Positions 34,594 through 44,500 of a DNA stretch of 64,000 nt are shown one piece after another. Source of the DNA: a virus. The translations under genes were made by a program, and so were the position numbers. Within the stretch, counting starts at the first letter, position 1; each line of letters opens with the position of its first letter. Location of the stretch: the IMG/VR virus record IMGVR_UViG_3300009159_000032; one strand, given 5' to 3'. Under the pieces are notes generated by a model. The model saw only the letters and a program-made list of their open reading frames with translations, was not told the origin of the DNA and did no database searches.

Positions 34594-37017
34594 TTACGCT
34601 CCTCCTAGAGAAATTAGCCAATTTGAATATGTTCCAGTTGATCCAATAGTTGCACTTGCAATGGTTATGCCCACTGTTACTGTACTGATATATGATGAAC
34701 TAGATCTACTTGTGAGTGTTCCTGTTAATAAGTTTAACAGTGTTGTTTTATCTTGAACTACTACAGGTGCACCAAGTCCTAATGTTGCTGGTCCGCTGGC
34801 CTGCATGTAAATTACAGCACCCGGCGAGTAAGAGAATGTTACTGTAGTGGCCGCAGGTAATAGCGTTGGCAATGCTGGAGTAATTGTCACTGTACTGGCG
34901 GTAGTGTTTACACTAACAACTGTGGTATTTGTAGTGATAGGATTAGCAGTTATCTTATGACCACTTCTAATTCCAGCAACACTTGGCAATGATATTGAAG
35001 TCAATGACGATGTAGTCGGTGCTACTGAGTTAAATCTCACAGCATCTGGTATATCAGCCACATATATGCTGTCATATGAATTTAGATATTGTGTGTCAAT
35101 TGTTCTTACAAATGTCCAAGATCCTGCAAGAACTTGATAAAGTCTCACTGTTCTCTCAATCAAAGGCATAGGAGATGTAATGGTTATACTACCAGCTAGT
35201 TCAAAATCTGTAACCACAGTAGTTGTATTAGTGACAGTAGACCCTACAGACGGAACGTAAGTGATAGTCTGTCTTCTTGTACTGGTATTAAGATTGTCAA
35301 TAATATAAGTTGCTGTGGTTGCTACGTAATTTGTACACAATACTGAAACACGGGATCCATCAGGCTGTGCATATTCAGCATCACCATATCCGTCAACAGG
35401 TAGAGTAAGTTCTAAATAAGACAATATATCATCATCAATATTATCAAAATCAGTAATATCTAATGATAATGTGTAGGGTTTACGTCCATAATAACCGCCT
35501 AACTGTAATGCCAGTTCATTATCAACATATCTTTTGTTTGCACCATCATAACCTGCTGTAGGATCAGGCATATGAATAATTTTATTTGCATAGTTTAAAT
35601 TAACATTGCCACTACTAGGAGCCAGATATAAATCAGTAATACTAGGATTTACTAGTGTTGTGATACTGGTTCCAGTTAATTGAATATTAGTAATTGTTAA
35701 TGCTGATAACACAGGAAGATTTGTTAATCCTGGAGCAGCAGTAACATCATCACCGAGTCTATATTTTCCAGGACGGCTAGTGTCTGCCAATAAAACATTA
35801 GTTCCGCTGATTTTATATCTTTGATTATCGCTGGCTAAATTAACATCAATGTTTGACTGCCAAGCACTTATTAGAACACTGTTAACTACAGCATTTGTAT
35901 AGGTAAATTTATGATCTGTAGTTCCATGTAATATAATGCCGCCGCCCTCAACATAGGCGTTAGTTGCAGTTGTCTGTCCTGTGGCTAATTCAATATTAAT
36001 ATCTTGAACTTTAATTACACTTACATCTAAAGATGTTTGTGTTCCGATAACTGTTAGTCCGCCTCGAACGATTACATCACCTTGAATATCGACATCTGCA
36101 AGAGGGTTACGTCTACGTATACCTATTCTACTATTTGTAGAATCAATATGCATTGCCACTGCATTGGTGCCGGAAGAAACATTGTTGTAACGAATTTCTA
36201 AAGGTCTACCTTCAACTGTTCCACCAATAACACTTGTTCTAATTCCAGATGTTGTAACAAAAATTGCAATATCTGTATCTGTACCGATGCGAAGGCCATA
36301 GTCATTATATACATTAATTTTGCCAGTAAGGTTAAGATCGTCAACTTCAGTTAGTGCTGTAGTTGGATCAAATCCTGCTATTGTTTCGGCACTGGTAGCA
36401 GTTCCATAAAATTTAACACCAATTGTGGGATTAAGTGTAAGGCCAGGACGAATAGTTGAAGTATTATAATAAGCAAATTGACTGGAAAGAGGATTAATAT
36501 TAATAGTCGAAGTTGTCATTATTGCCCATCTTAGACCATTAGAGTAAAACTCAGTGGTAGGCACATCATCATTTAGTATGTAATCAAAGATACTAGATTC
36601 CTGCCAACCTTCAAGACCTGTTGTATCTGAATAACCTTTACCTGCTAATACCCACTCAGAACCATTCCACCATTTGAGAATACCGTCATTGGTGTCAACC
36701 CACATATCACCTACTACTGGATTAGTAGGTGAAGTATTGCTAATAATTGGACTACCGATTGGTTTAAATGTACCTGTGGTGTATACTTTTAATCTATTTT
36801 CACTGGTATCATACCATGTTTGACCTGTTATAGGAGATAGTGGTGCTGTTAGTCCCGCAAAATTTTCTAGTAATCCTACAAAATTAGTGTTTAAATACTC
36901 TCCGTAGTTGTTAATATTTTTTCCTACTAGAGTTAAACTAGTAGAAACTTGGTCTACACTTTGATCTGCTATTACTGCTAATGTTCGTCCATTTGTAAAT
37001 TTAATAGTGTAAGACAT
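34594..37017 (-). CDS. tail fibre paralogue (807 aa)
   Basis: Same N-domain; T/S-rich beta-structured body; DGANKRYVD repeat-type motif. Confidence 0.75.
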   Translation of the reverse strand: MSYTIKFTNGRTLAVIADQSVDQVSTSLTLVGKNINNYGEYLNTNFVGLLENFAGLTAPLSPITGQTWYDTSENRLKVYTTGTFKPIGSPIISNTSPTNPVVGDMWVDTNDGILKWWNGSEWVLAGKGYSDTTGLEGWQESSIFDYILNDDVPTTEFYSNGLRWAIMTTSTININPLSSQFAYYNTSTIRPGLTLNPTIGVKFYGTATSAETIAGFDPTTALTEVDDLNLTGKINVYNDYGLRIGTDTDIAIFVTTSGIRTSVIGGTVEGRPLEIRYNNVSSGTNAVAMHIDSTNSRIGIRRRNPLADVDIQGDVIVRGGLTVIGTQTSLDVSVIKVQDINIELATGQTTATNAYVEGGGIILHGTTDHKFTYTNAVVNSVLISAWQSNIDVNLASDNQRYKISGTNVLLADTSRPGKYRLGDDVTAAPGLTNLPVLSALTITNIQLTGTSITTLVNPSITDLYLAPSSGNVNLNYANKIIHMPDPTAGYDGANKRYVDNELALQLGGYYGRKPYTLSLDITDFDNIDDDILSYLELTLPVDGYGDAEYAQPDGSRVSVLCTNYVATTATYIIDNLNTSTRRQTITYVPSVGSTVTNTTTVVTDFELAGSITITSPMPLIERTVRLYQVLAGSWTFVRTIDTQYLNSYDSIYVADIPDAVRFNSVAPTTSSLTSISLPSVAGIRSGHKITANPITTNTTVVSVNTTASTVTITPALPTLLPAATTVTFSYSPGAVIYMQASGPATLGLGAPVVVQDKTTLLNLLTGTLTSRSSSSYISTVTVGITIASATIGSTGTYSNWLISLGGA

Positions 37018-37023
37018 TTTTTG

Positions 37024-39261
37024 TTAAACCTTGATAATATAGTTCATAGCCAGATACGGATTCATTACCTTTGATCGATAGAAGCTAGATGTTGTTCCGC
37101 CGAATGTTGCAACTGGTGATAAACTATCTTGTACTGCATATTCCGATCCACCAGTTACTGTTGATGTACTGCCGCTTACTGCTTGAGCTACGTTTGGAGA
37201 ATTTGCTCCAGTTACTCGATAAGCAGTTCCTGGACTACTCGAAAATCCGTTATTCATATCATCAAATCCCAAAGGAAATCTACCTCTTAAATCTGGTAAT
37301 TTAAACTGACTTGCAATAATTGTTTTTCCGTAGGTATAGCCTATTGCAGAAAATAATTGTGGATAGTCGGTTTTATCAACTGTTGAGCCGTCACATAATA
37401 ACCACCATGTTCCGCCGGGAGGATTAGGTAATTCAATGCCGGCAAAAGGTATTACAGTACCTGCTGGAATTAAAAATTCATATACATCAGCTAACATTGT
37501 AGATTTTGTTGCACGATTAAGACCTTGTACAGCTGGATAACCAGCTAGTCCTCCTGGTCCAGGAAAAGAAAATCCTGTAATACTGCCTTGACTATTAATA
37601 CTATCAACTTCTATTTCAATGTTATTGATACCGTTTTGACCGCCTAGTGCTGATCCAAGAAGTATAATAGTATCATTGACTAGATAATCAGTACCTGTTG
37701 ATACAATAGTTGCAGTAGTATATGCTCCGCTAATTCTAGTAACGTTAAAAGTTGCACCAAAGCCTGTGCCTTGCCTTGCTGAAATATTTGTAAAATTAGT
37801 TCCGCCAACTGCAACCAATATCTCATCTTCTCCGACCATAGTTCCTAAAGGATTTCTATTTTGAATTGCAGACGAATCTAGCGTAGTGACCATTGTATAA
37901 GTTCCGCCAATACCTCTGTATCCTACTTTATTTGATGTAATTTCTCCTGCTAGATTAAAATCTGAAATAGCAGTTAATTGTGTGGCGCTAGTTGCCTTAC
38001 CGGTTAAATCACCAATAAATCTATTTGAATATATTTCATAGAAAGTTGAGGAACTTGTTCCTATTCTATATTTGTTACCTGTTAAAGGAGAAATAAGATC
38101 TCTAGCAGGACCTGTATAACCAAGTGCGCCAACAAATACTCCGTTGACTAATGTTGCGGTACTATTGAAAGTTGCTGTAGTGGACAATGTTATAGAATTA
38201 GAAAATACAGCTCTATTAGTAACAGTAAAAATTCCAGTAACTTCTAAGTTACCCGTGATCAGTGCATCGCCTATTAAATCAAATTCTTTTCTTGGTAATA
38301 TATTGTTAATACCTACTCTAGGAGGATATGTGCTACCTTCTAGTGTTAATACTTCGTTGTATAGATCATCTCTAAGAATTCTAAACCCAAATTTTCCTGC
38401 ATCATTTATATTTTCTGTTGCAAAACTATTATAGAAATTATTTTCTCTTGTGGCTTCTTTTTTTAATTCAAATGTGGGATCAAGGCCAATTGTTAGTCCA
38501 TTTTTTAAATTTAATTTTCCGTTTATAGCATTATCAATATCATTGCGAACAAAACTATTTCCAGGAACATAGGCTCTTGCTGGACTGGTAACAAATACAT
38601 TCTTAGATGCATAAGCAGTGGCATTGAGAGCTGCACCATTTGCAGAAGTAAGATTTAAACCTGCTTGTATTGTTGGGATTCCGTCAATTTTTGTCTGTGG
38701 TGTAAAACTATCATAACTAATAATTTCAACAGCATTGCCGTCAACATAATTTATAACAATATTGTGATAATTTCCTGATGTGTCTTTAATGCTTTCTGGT
38801 ATTGATCCTGTTTTTAACTCAGTACTTAGACTAGGACCTACTAATGTCCATGCAGCACCATCTAGTGTCAAAAACAACTGAGCTCTAGCAGTGTCAACCC
38901 AAATGTCACCAGCCACTGCACCGTTTGGTGAGGTTCCTTGCTGATAAATTCCGTTAATTGGTTTCCAATTTGCACCGGCTGCGGTGCCGTCATTGATTCT
39001 AAGTTTTTTATTGTTTTCGTCTGACGTATCAAACCATAACTGCCCTTCTATAGGATTTCTTGGTGGTTCGTTATTAGCAAAATTTTCTAACAGATGCAAG
39101 AAATTTGTTGATATCGCTTCTGCATATCCAGATGCATTTTTTCCCACAAAGGTAAGACTAGTGGCATCTCTGTTTAATCCTGCATTGCCTAATGTTGCAT
39201 CTTCTACAACAATGGGATCATTAATTTTTGCACCATCGGAAAATTTAATAGTATAACTCAT
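37024..39261 (-). CDS. short tail fibre with phage tail collar domain
   Basis: Same N-domain; collar motif PAGTVIPFAG..WLLCDG..YPQLFSAIG..FKLPDLRGRFPLG; C-terminal NPYLAMNYIIK. Confidence 0.85.
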   Translation of the reverse strand: MSYTIKFSDGAKINDPIVVEDATLGNAGLNRDATSLTFVGKNASGYAEAISTNFLHLLENFANNEPPRNPIEGQLWFDTSDENNKKLRINDGTAAGANWKPINGIYQQGTSPNGAVAGDIWVDTARAQLFLTLDGAAWTLVGPSLSTELKTGSIPESIKDTSGNYHNIVINYVDGNAVEIISYDSFTPQTKIDGIPTIQAGLNLTSANGAALNATAYASKNVFVTSPARAYVPGNSFVRNDIDNAINGKLNLKNGLTIGLDPTFELKKEATRENNFYNSFATENINDAGKFGFRILRDDLYNEVLTLEGSTYPPRVGINNILPRKEFDLIGDALITGNLEVTGIFTVTNRAVFSNSITLSTTATFNSTATLVNGVFVGALGYTGPARDLISPLTGNKYRIGTSSSTFYEIYSNRFIGDLTGKATSATQLTAISDFNLAGEITSNKVGYRGIGGTYTMVTTLDSSAIQNRNPLGTMVGEDEILVAVGGTNFTNISARQGTGFGATFNVTRISGAYTTATIVSTGTDYLVNDTIILLGSALGGQNGINNIEIEVDSINSQGSITGFSFPGPGGLAGYPAVQGLNRATKSTMLADVYEFLIPAGTVIPFAGIELPNPPGGTWWLLCDGSTVDKTDYPQLFSAIGYTYGKTIIASQFKLPDLRGRFPLGFDDMNNGFSSSPGTAYRVTGANSPNVAQAVSGSTSTVTGGSEYAVQDSLSPVATFGGTTSSFYRSKVMNPYLAMNYIIKV

Positions 39262-39263
39262 TA

Positions 39264-39923
39264 TTATGCTCCGACTCCGCTAATGCTTTGAACTCGCACA
39301 GTATAATCAATCTGTATCATTCTGTTTAGACTTTTTTGTATAGGATGGAAAATCACATGTGTTAGTAATAACGTGCCACCAGTAGAATCATATCCTACAA
39401 GACCAAGTTCATCAAACACATACTCACCGTCCAAATTAGAACTATTATCAAAGGCTGCTTGACCGCTAGGTTCTCCAAAATCTAATAAACAACTGACTAA
39501 TAAGTCACTATAGGTAGTCCCAATCAAATGTCTAGACTCCATAAAATTTCTTGTAGGGTCTAAATTTGCTGAACTAGCAGCGTCTACTGATTTAGAATAT
39601 GTTTCATTGTACAGTGTAGAATTCTGACCAATTGTATTAGGTGTTAGATATGTGATAATTCCTGTTGGATCAACACGACTGCCACCATTGCCAAAAGCCA
39701 TTTTACTGACCCATCCATATCCTTGATTACCAATACTGTTTACTAATGCAAGACTAAAATTTTCATAATGAATGGCATTGCGTTTGCTTACAAACACTTC
39801 TTTGGTTTGAGGATCAAAAATTTTAATGTGCCCTTGAAGGCTCACACCGCCAGTTTCGTCTGGTTTTTTGTTTTGTTCCTGTTGTTTATTTTGTTTTATT
39901 GTATTTTTTTCTTGCATGTTCAT
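39264..39923 (-). CDS. structural protein of the tail module
   Basis: 219 aa within the tail operon; GGAT RBS. Confidence 0.7.
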   Translation of the reverse strand: MNMQEKNTIKQNKQQEQNKKPDETGGVSLQGHIKIFDPQTKEVFVSKRNAIHYENFSLALVNSIGNQGYGWVSKMAFGNGGSRVDPTGIITYLTPNTIGQNSTLYNETYSKSVDAASSANLDPTRNFMESRHLIGTTYSDLLVSCLLDFGEPSGQAAFDNSSNLDGEYVFDELGLVGYDSTGGTLLLTHVIFHPIQKSLNRMIQIDYTVRVQSISGVGA

Positions 39924-39932
39924 ACTTATCCA

Positions 39933-41576
39933 TTATGTAACTACGTTGATTGTATTGCCCATTGCAGCATGAATTGTACATTGGTAATATAATGTTGTTG
40001 GGGCATTCATTGGTACTGTTATTACTGTTGTTCCTGTTGAACTACCACTAACTCCTGCGGTATAGGCTGCACCACCATTGCTTACTCTAATTTGAAAAGG
40101 GTGACTTGCGCCTGCATTATTAACAAAAGCATACGTAAAACCTCTATGTAGATAAAGAATAGGATCGTCAGTGTTACCTGCTACAATACCTGGTCCAGTA
40201 AATGTGTAAGCGCCTGTTCCGTTATTGGTAATATCCCAGGTCAATCCAGAAATACCTATTCCAGTAGCTCCTGTCGGTCCAGTTGCACCGGTCGATCCTT
40301 GAGGACCGGTAGCGCCGCCTGGATCCCCTGTTGCACCAACTGGGCCTGTTGCACCTGTGGCACCTGAGCCAGTAGCACCAATTGGGCCAGTAGCACCTGT
40401 GCTACCATTATTTCCTATTGGTCCAGTAGCGCCTGTAGAACCAGTAGCGCCTCTCGGACCTGTAGACCCTACAGGTCCTACATCTCCAGTTCTTGCAAAA
40501 GTCAGTACAACATTTGTCTGATCGTCAAATCTATATACACCACTGACATAAGCACAATCAATTTTAAAGTAACCAGATTCTTCAGTGATAGAAGTAATGG
40601 TAAAGATAGTAAAATTGCTAGGCAATGCATCAAGGCCCATTCTAAAATGTCCTTTTAGCGGGCTAGTGCTATCGTCAATAGTTCTTAAAAAACTTTGTAA
40701 ATCTGTACCGTTAATATCGTTATCGTCGATATATAAAATTGTAGCCTCAGGTAAAGATTGACTATCAAACTTAACTCGACCTGCGCCAGGATCTGTATCT
40801 TGAGTATTAGTGGAGAATCTGTAACTAACTGTAAGACCACCAAAACTTCCAGAAGGTCCTGTAGATCCTGTAATACCAGTACTGCCTGTTAGGCCGGTTG
40901 CACCAGTCGAACCTTGTGGTCCTGTACTACCTGTTGACCCAGTTGCACCTTCTCCGGTAGCTCCAGTAGACCCTTGAAGGCCAGTAGCGCCGCCTGGGTT
41001 ACCAGTATCTCCTTTTGGTCCTGTTGCACCTGTTGCGCCAGCAGGTCCTGTTGCACCTGTTGCACCTTGATAACCAGTGTTACCGATTGGACCTTCAGGG
41101 CCGGTAGCACCTGTAGATCCTGTTGTACCTTGTGCGCCTGTTGCGCCGTCTGGGCCTGTTGCACCTACTCCGGTAGCACCTTGAGGACCTGTTGCACCTG
41201 TACTACCAGTAGCACCATTAGGTCCAGTTGCACCAGCGCCTGTAGCACCTGCTAGTCCTGTTGCGCCGATATCTCCAGTAGCGCCAGTAGCGCCAATATT
41301 ACCGGTTGCGCCAGTAGAACCATCAACACCATTTAAACCATTAGAACCAGTTGAGCCCGAAGGACCAGTAGCGCCTTGTACACCAGTAGCACCAGTTGCT
41401 CCTGCGCCAGTAGCACCTTGTAAACCTGTTGCACCGGTTGATCCTTGTGCAGATGCTTGAATTTGTGCTTTAAAGTCGCTAAAAACTACCTTGTAACTAG
41501 TTCCGTCAGAAACAACTGGAAAAATTGTTGCATCTGTTACATTGGTTAGTGTCGTAAGTTGTGATATTCTTGCCAT
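39933..41576 (-). CDS. collagen-like (Gly-X-Y, GAT-rich) fibre with C-terminal cupredoxin-like domain
   Basis: Two long Gly-X-Y tracts around a globular insert; N-terminal RISQL; C-terminal HPF...[11 protein letters not shown]. Confidence 0.85.
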   Translation of the reverse strand: MARISQLTTLTNVTDATIFPVVSDGTSYKVVFSDFKAQIQASAQGSTGATGLQGATGAGATGATGVQGATGPSGSTGSNGLNGVDGSTGATGNIGATGATGDIGATGLAGATGAGATGPNGATGSTGATGPQGATGVGATGPDGATGAQGTTGSTGATGPEGPIGNTGYQGATGATGPAGATGATGPKGDTGNPGGATGLQGSTGATGEGATGSTGSTGPQGSTGATGLTGSTGITGSTGPSGSFGGLTVSYRFSTNTQDTDPGAGRVKFDSQSLPEATILYIDDNDINGTDLQSFLRTIDDSTSPLKGHFRMGLDALPSNFTIFTITSITEESGYFKIDCAYVSGVYRFDDQTNVVLTFARTGDVGPVGSTGPRGATGSTGATGPIGNNGSTGATGPIGATGSGATGATGPVGATGDPGGATGPQGSTGATGPTGATGIGISGLTWDITNNGTGAYTFTGPGIVAGNTDDPILYLHRGFTYAFVNNAGASHPFQIRVSNGGAAYTAGVSGSSTGTTVITVPMNAPTTLYYQCTIHAAMGNTINVVT

Positions 41577-41577
41577 G

Positions 41578-44500
41578 TTATTGACCTATTAAAGGATCTC
41601 CTGTTTCACTGTCTAAAGTATCTCCGGATTCAAGCACCAGATATTGATCAGTTGTAGTGTTCTGACCATAGTAATATTTATCTGGCATAAAAGATGGGCT
41701 CTCTAACAAGAACTGTATTTGATCTGTGTTGCGTAAATGGATATTAGAATATTCAAATCCAGTCACAACATCAGTCTTAATTACTACCTTAATTTCAGCA
41801 TCTTCTCTTGGTAAACTAGCCAATACTAAAACGTTAGTTCCAGTTATTGAAAACTCAGGAACAATTGTTTCATTACTTGATGTACCGTATGAATTAACTG
41901 AATCAGAATCGTATGCAATATCAGTACGTGTTCGAACATAGTCTAAACCAGGTTTTGTTAATTGGCGGCCTTGAACAAATACATCAATTTGATACTGTGT
42001 CGCAGTTGATGCGGAAAATGTCAACGGTGTTAGAGCATTTAGATCCCAAGTTGAAGTTCCGTATCTAATATTGTCTGCACCTGTGGCCCAATATGTAGTA
42101 GCAGTGGTCCAGGTTCTAACATTTTCACTTACATAAATTGTCTGTCCTGCACCTTGATCAACAACTATTGAACTTTCTTTGTGCAGAGTTTTAACACCTG
42201 TGCCTAATGTACCTCGTCTTAGGCTACTTAGTTTATTACCAGATAGTCTGTAGAATTCAATTCTTTCGCCGTTAATAAGAATAATACCAGGACGAGATCT
42301 AGCAACGTTAGGCGGTGTTAATACACTGGCATCCTCAACTGTGATCTCAGTGTCAGAGACTGTAAGATCAGCAGCTAATTGTGTAGAATTATTACCGCTT
42401 AGTCGCTTATAATGTGTTCTTCCTAAGTTGTCTCTAAAAATTCTATACCCTAATAACGATTCATTTGTTTTATCAACAACGCTCATTATTACTACAGTGT
42501 CACTTCCTTGTATAGATATTGATGGACTTACTATAATAGTCTTTTGATCACTTTCTAATCTGTAGTGAATATTTTTTGTTAAAGGTTTTCCATTAAGTTC
42601 AACCCATACATAGTTTGTACTTAATGCTGGTCTGGTTAATCTAAAAATTCCACTGCCGTTTCCAGGAAATCTTTCTCTTCTAATCAACGAATTATCGTGA
42701 TTGGTAAAAGTAGTTACTTTTAATGTACTAGAACTAGCAACACTGACTCTATCAGTAAAAATTAAATTTTGTCCTTGAACAATATAGTCATGATCGCGAA
42801 GTATAGTAATTGCAATTGCATCACCTTGTGAAATTGTGTCGACTGCAAATTCAATTAAATTTTCTTCTTGTCGAAGAGATAAGGCTGCACCAAAATATCT
42901 TCTAACGCCATTAACATATACTTCTAAGTGTGCCATGTCAGGAAGACCCTGAACATAATTGTAATGTTGATCAAAAGAGAAAGTTAACTGATTAGTTTCT
43001 GCAATATAATATACAGTATCGGGAGGACTTAATCTTGTACCATTTCTTTCAACAATTATTTGACTATGCAAAGGTCCAATTACACCCGGTGACTGGGATA
43101 ACACAAAAGTGCCGGTGCCAATATTGGCAGAAATATACTGATCATTGACTTCGCTGAATGCTTTGTGTTCGCCGGCAAACGCCCACGCTTGTAGTAGATC
43201 TCCATAATTTAAATTGTTAGTAAATCGTATAATAGCTCTGCCAGACATTCCCCCGTTAGTAGATCCCACTAAGGTATAGGCAGTTGATTTCACTCCGTTA
43301 ACTGTTACATACAAACTTTTAACGCTGGACTTGCTTACTGATAATTCAAAATTATTTTTTCCTGTAGCGGAACTAACGGCATAATGAGCTTTATCAATTA
43401 AATTCTTACCGCCAACATTCATTGTGGTAATTGACAAAAATTGTGGTGCAATCGTCTGAGCTCTAAATGGATCAAAACTGCCTCGGCCTGCATATTTCCA
43501 ATTGCCACCGTTAATTGTACTGTAGAAAACATGGCTAGTATTATTAAGAATTTGTGTGTAGTCTACTTCAACTCCGGTACCGTTAGTTGTTCCTGTTTTG
43601 CCTGTAGCAATACCCGTGATAAATCCTAAATCGCCATTAAAGTTTGCTTCACGCCACGTGTTCTCATAAATCATTTCAACATATTGGTCAGTACCATTAC
43701 TGTACAAAGTAACTTCGTATTGATACGCCGGAACTGTAGGAGTTTGCTCTCTTTTATTATAGTGCGATCCTTGGAATCTTAATCTCCAATATGTAAAATC
43801 ACCTATTGTTCCGCCACTCAAAAATAAGCCAGGAACTTCTCCGGTATCTAAAGGTTGCCCAGAACTTCCTACTGCCTGCCATAAATCGCAATATTCAATA
43901 TATATAGCAGGTTGAGTTAAAAATCCTAATTGAAGAGGTGTCCAAGATGAGTTTCCAGACCCAAATGTTAGGTATCCGTTAGTACCTACATAAACTTCAT
44001 CATATATAGAATCAAACATATTCCACTCAAATCCCAATGAGTACGGACCTGTTGATGTATCATCTCCAGCTGTTGACGCTATAGGAAAACTAATGTTTTC
44101 TTTTCTTGGAAGGACTACGGTTGAACTAAAATAAGGTCCTTGAATTTCAAGTAACGGACTATCTAATAATACTATTTCATTTGTCTCAAAATCAATAGTG
44201 TAATCAATAGCGTATGTTAGCACTGTGCCATCTTTGATAACTTCAACAGAACTAGTGTTTGGAGGAGTCATACCTATTGCATATCTAATAACTCCTACTT
44301 CAAGATAATGTTGTTTATTAATAACTAATCCAGTCCCTGATTCAGGATATGTAAAAATATTAATACCTAAACTATCAGAAACTCTTCCAGGAAGATTTTC
44401 TTCAGGTCCGTAACTATTTGTAGCACTAACAAATGCATCACCGTCAATGTTGATATCTTCGTAGTCGTTAGATTTGGTTAATACCAAATCTCCATCAAGG

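Noticed and set aside
40240-41480. Highly repetitive DNA (GGT/GCA/ACA-type 9-mers) resembling a tandem repeat or CRISPR array
   Set aside because: The repeats are degenerate at third codon positions and have no unique spacers; collagen Gly-X-Y coding explains them fully.
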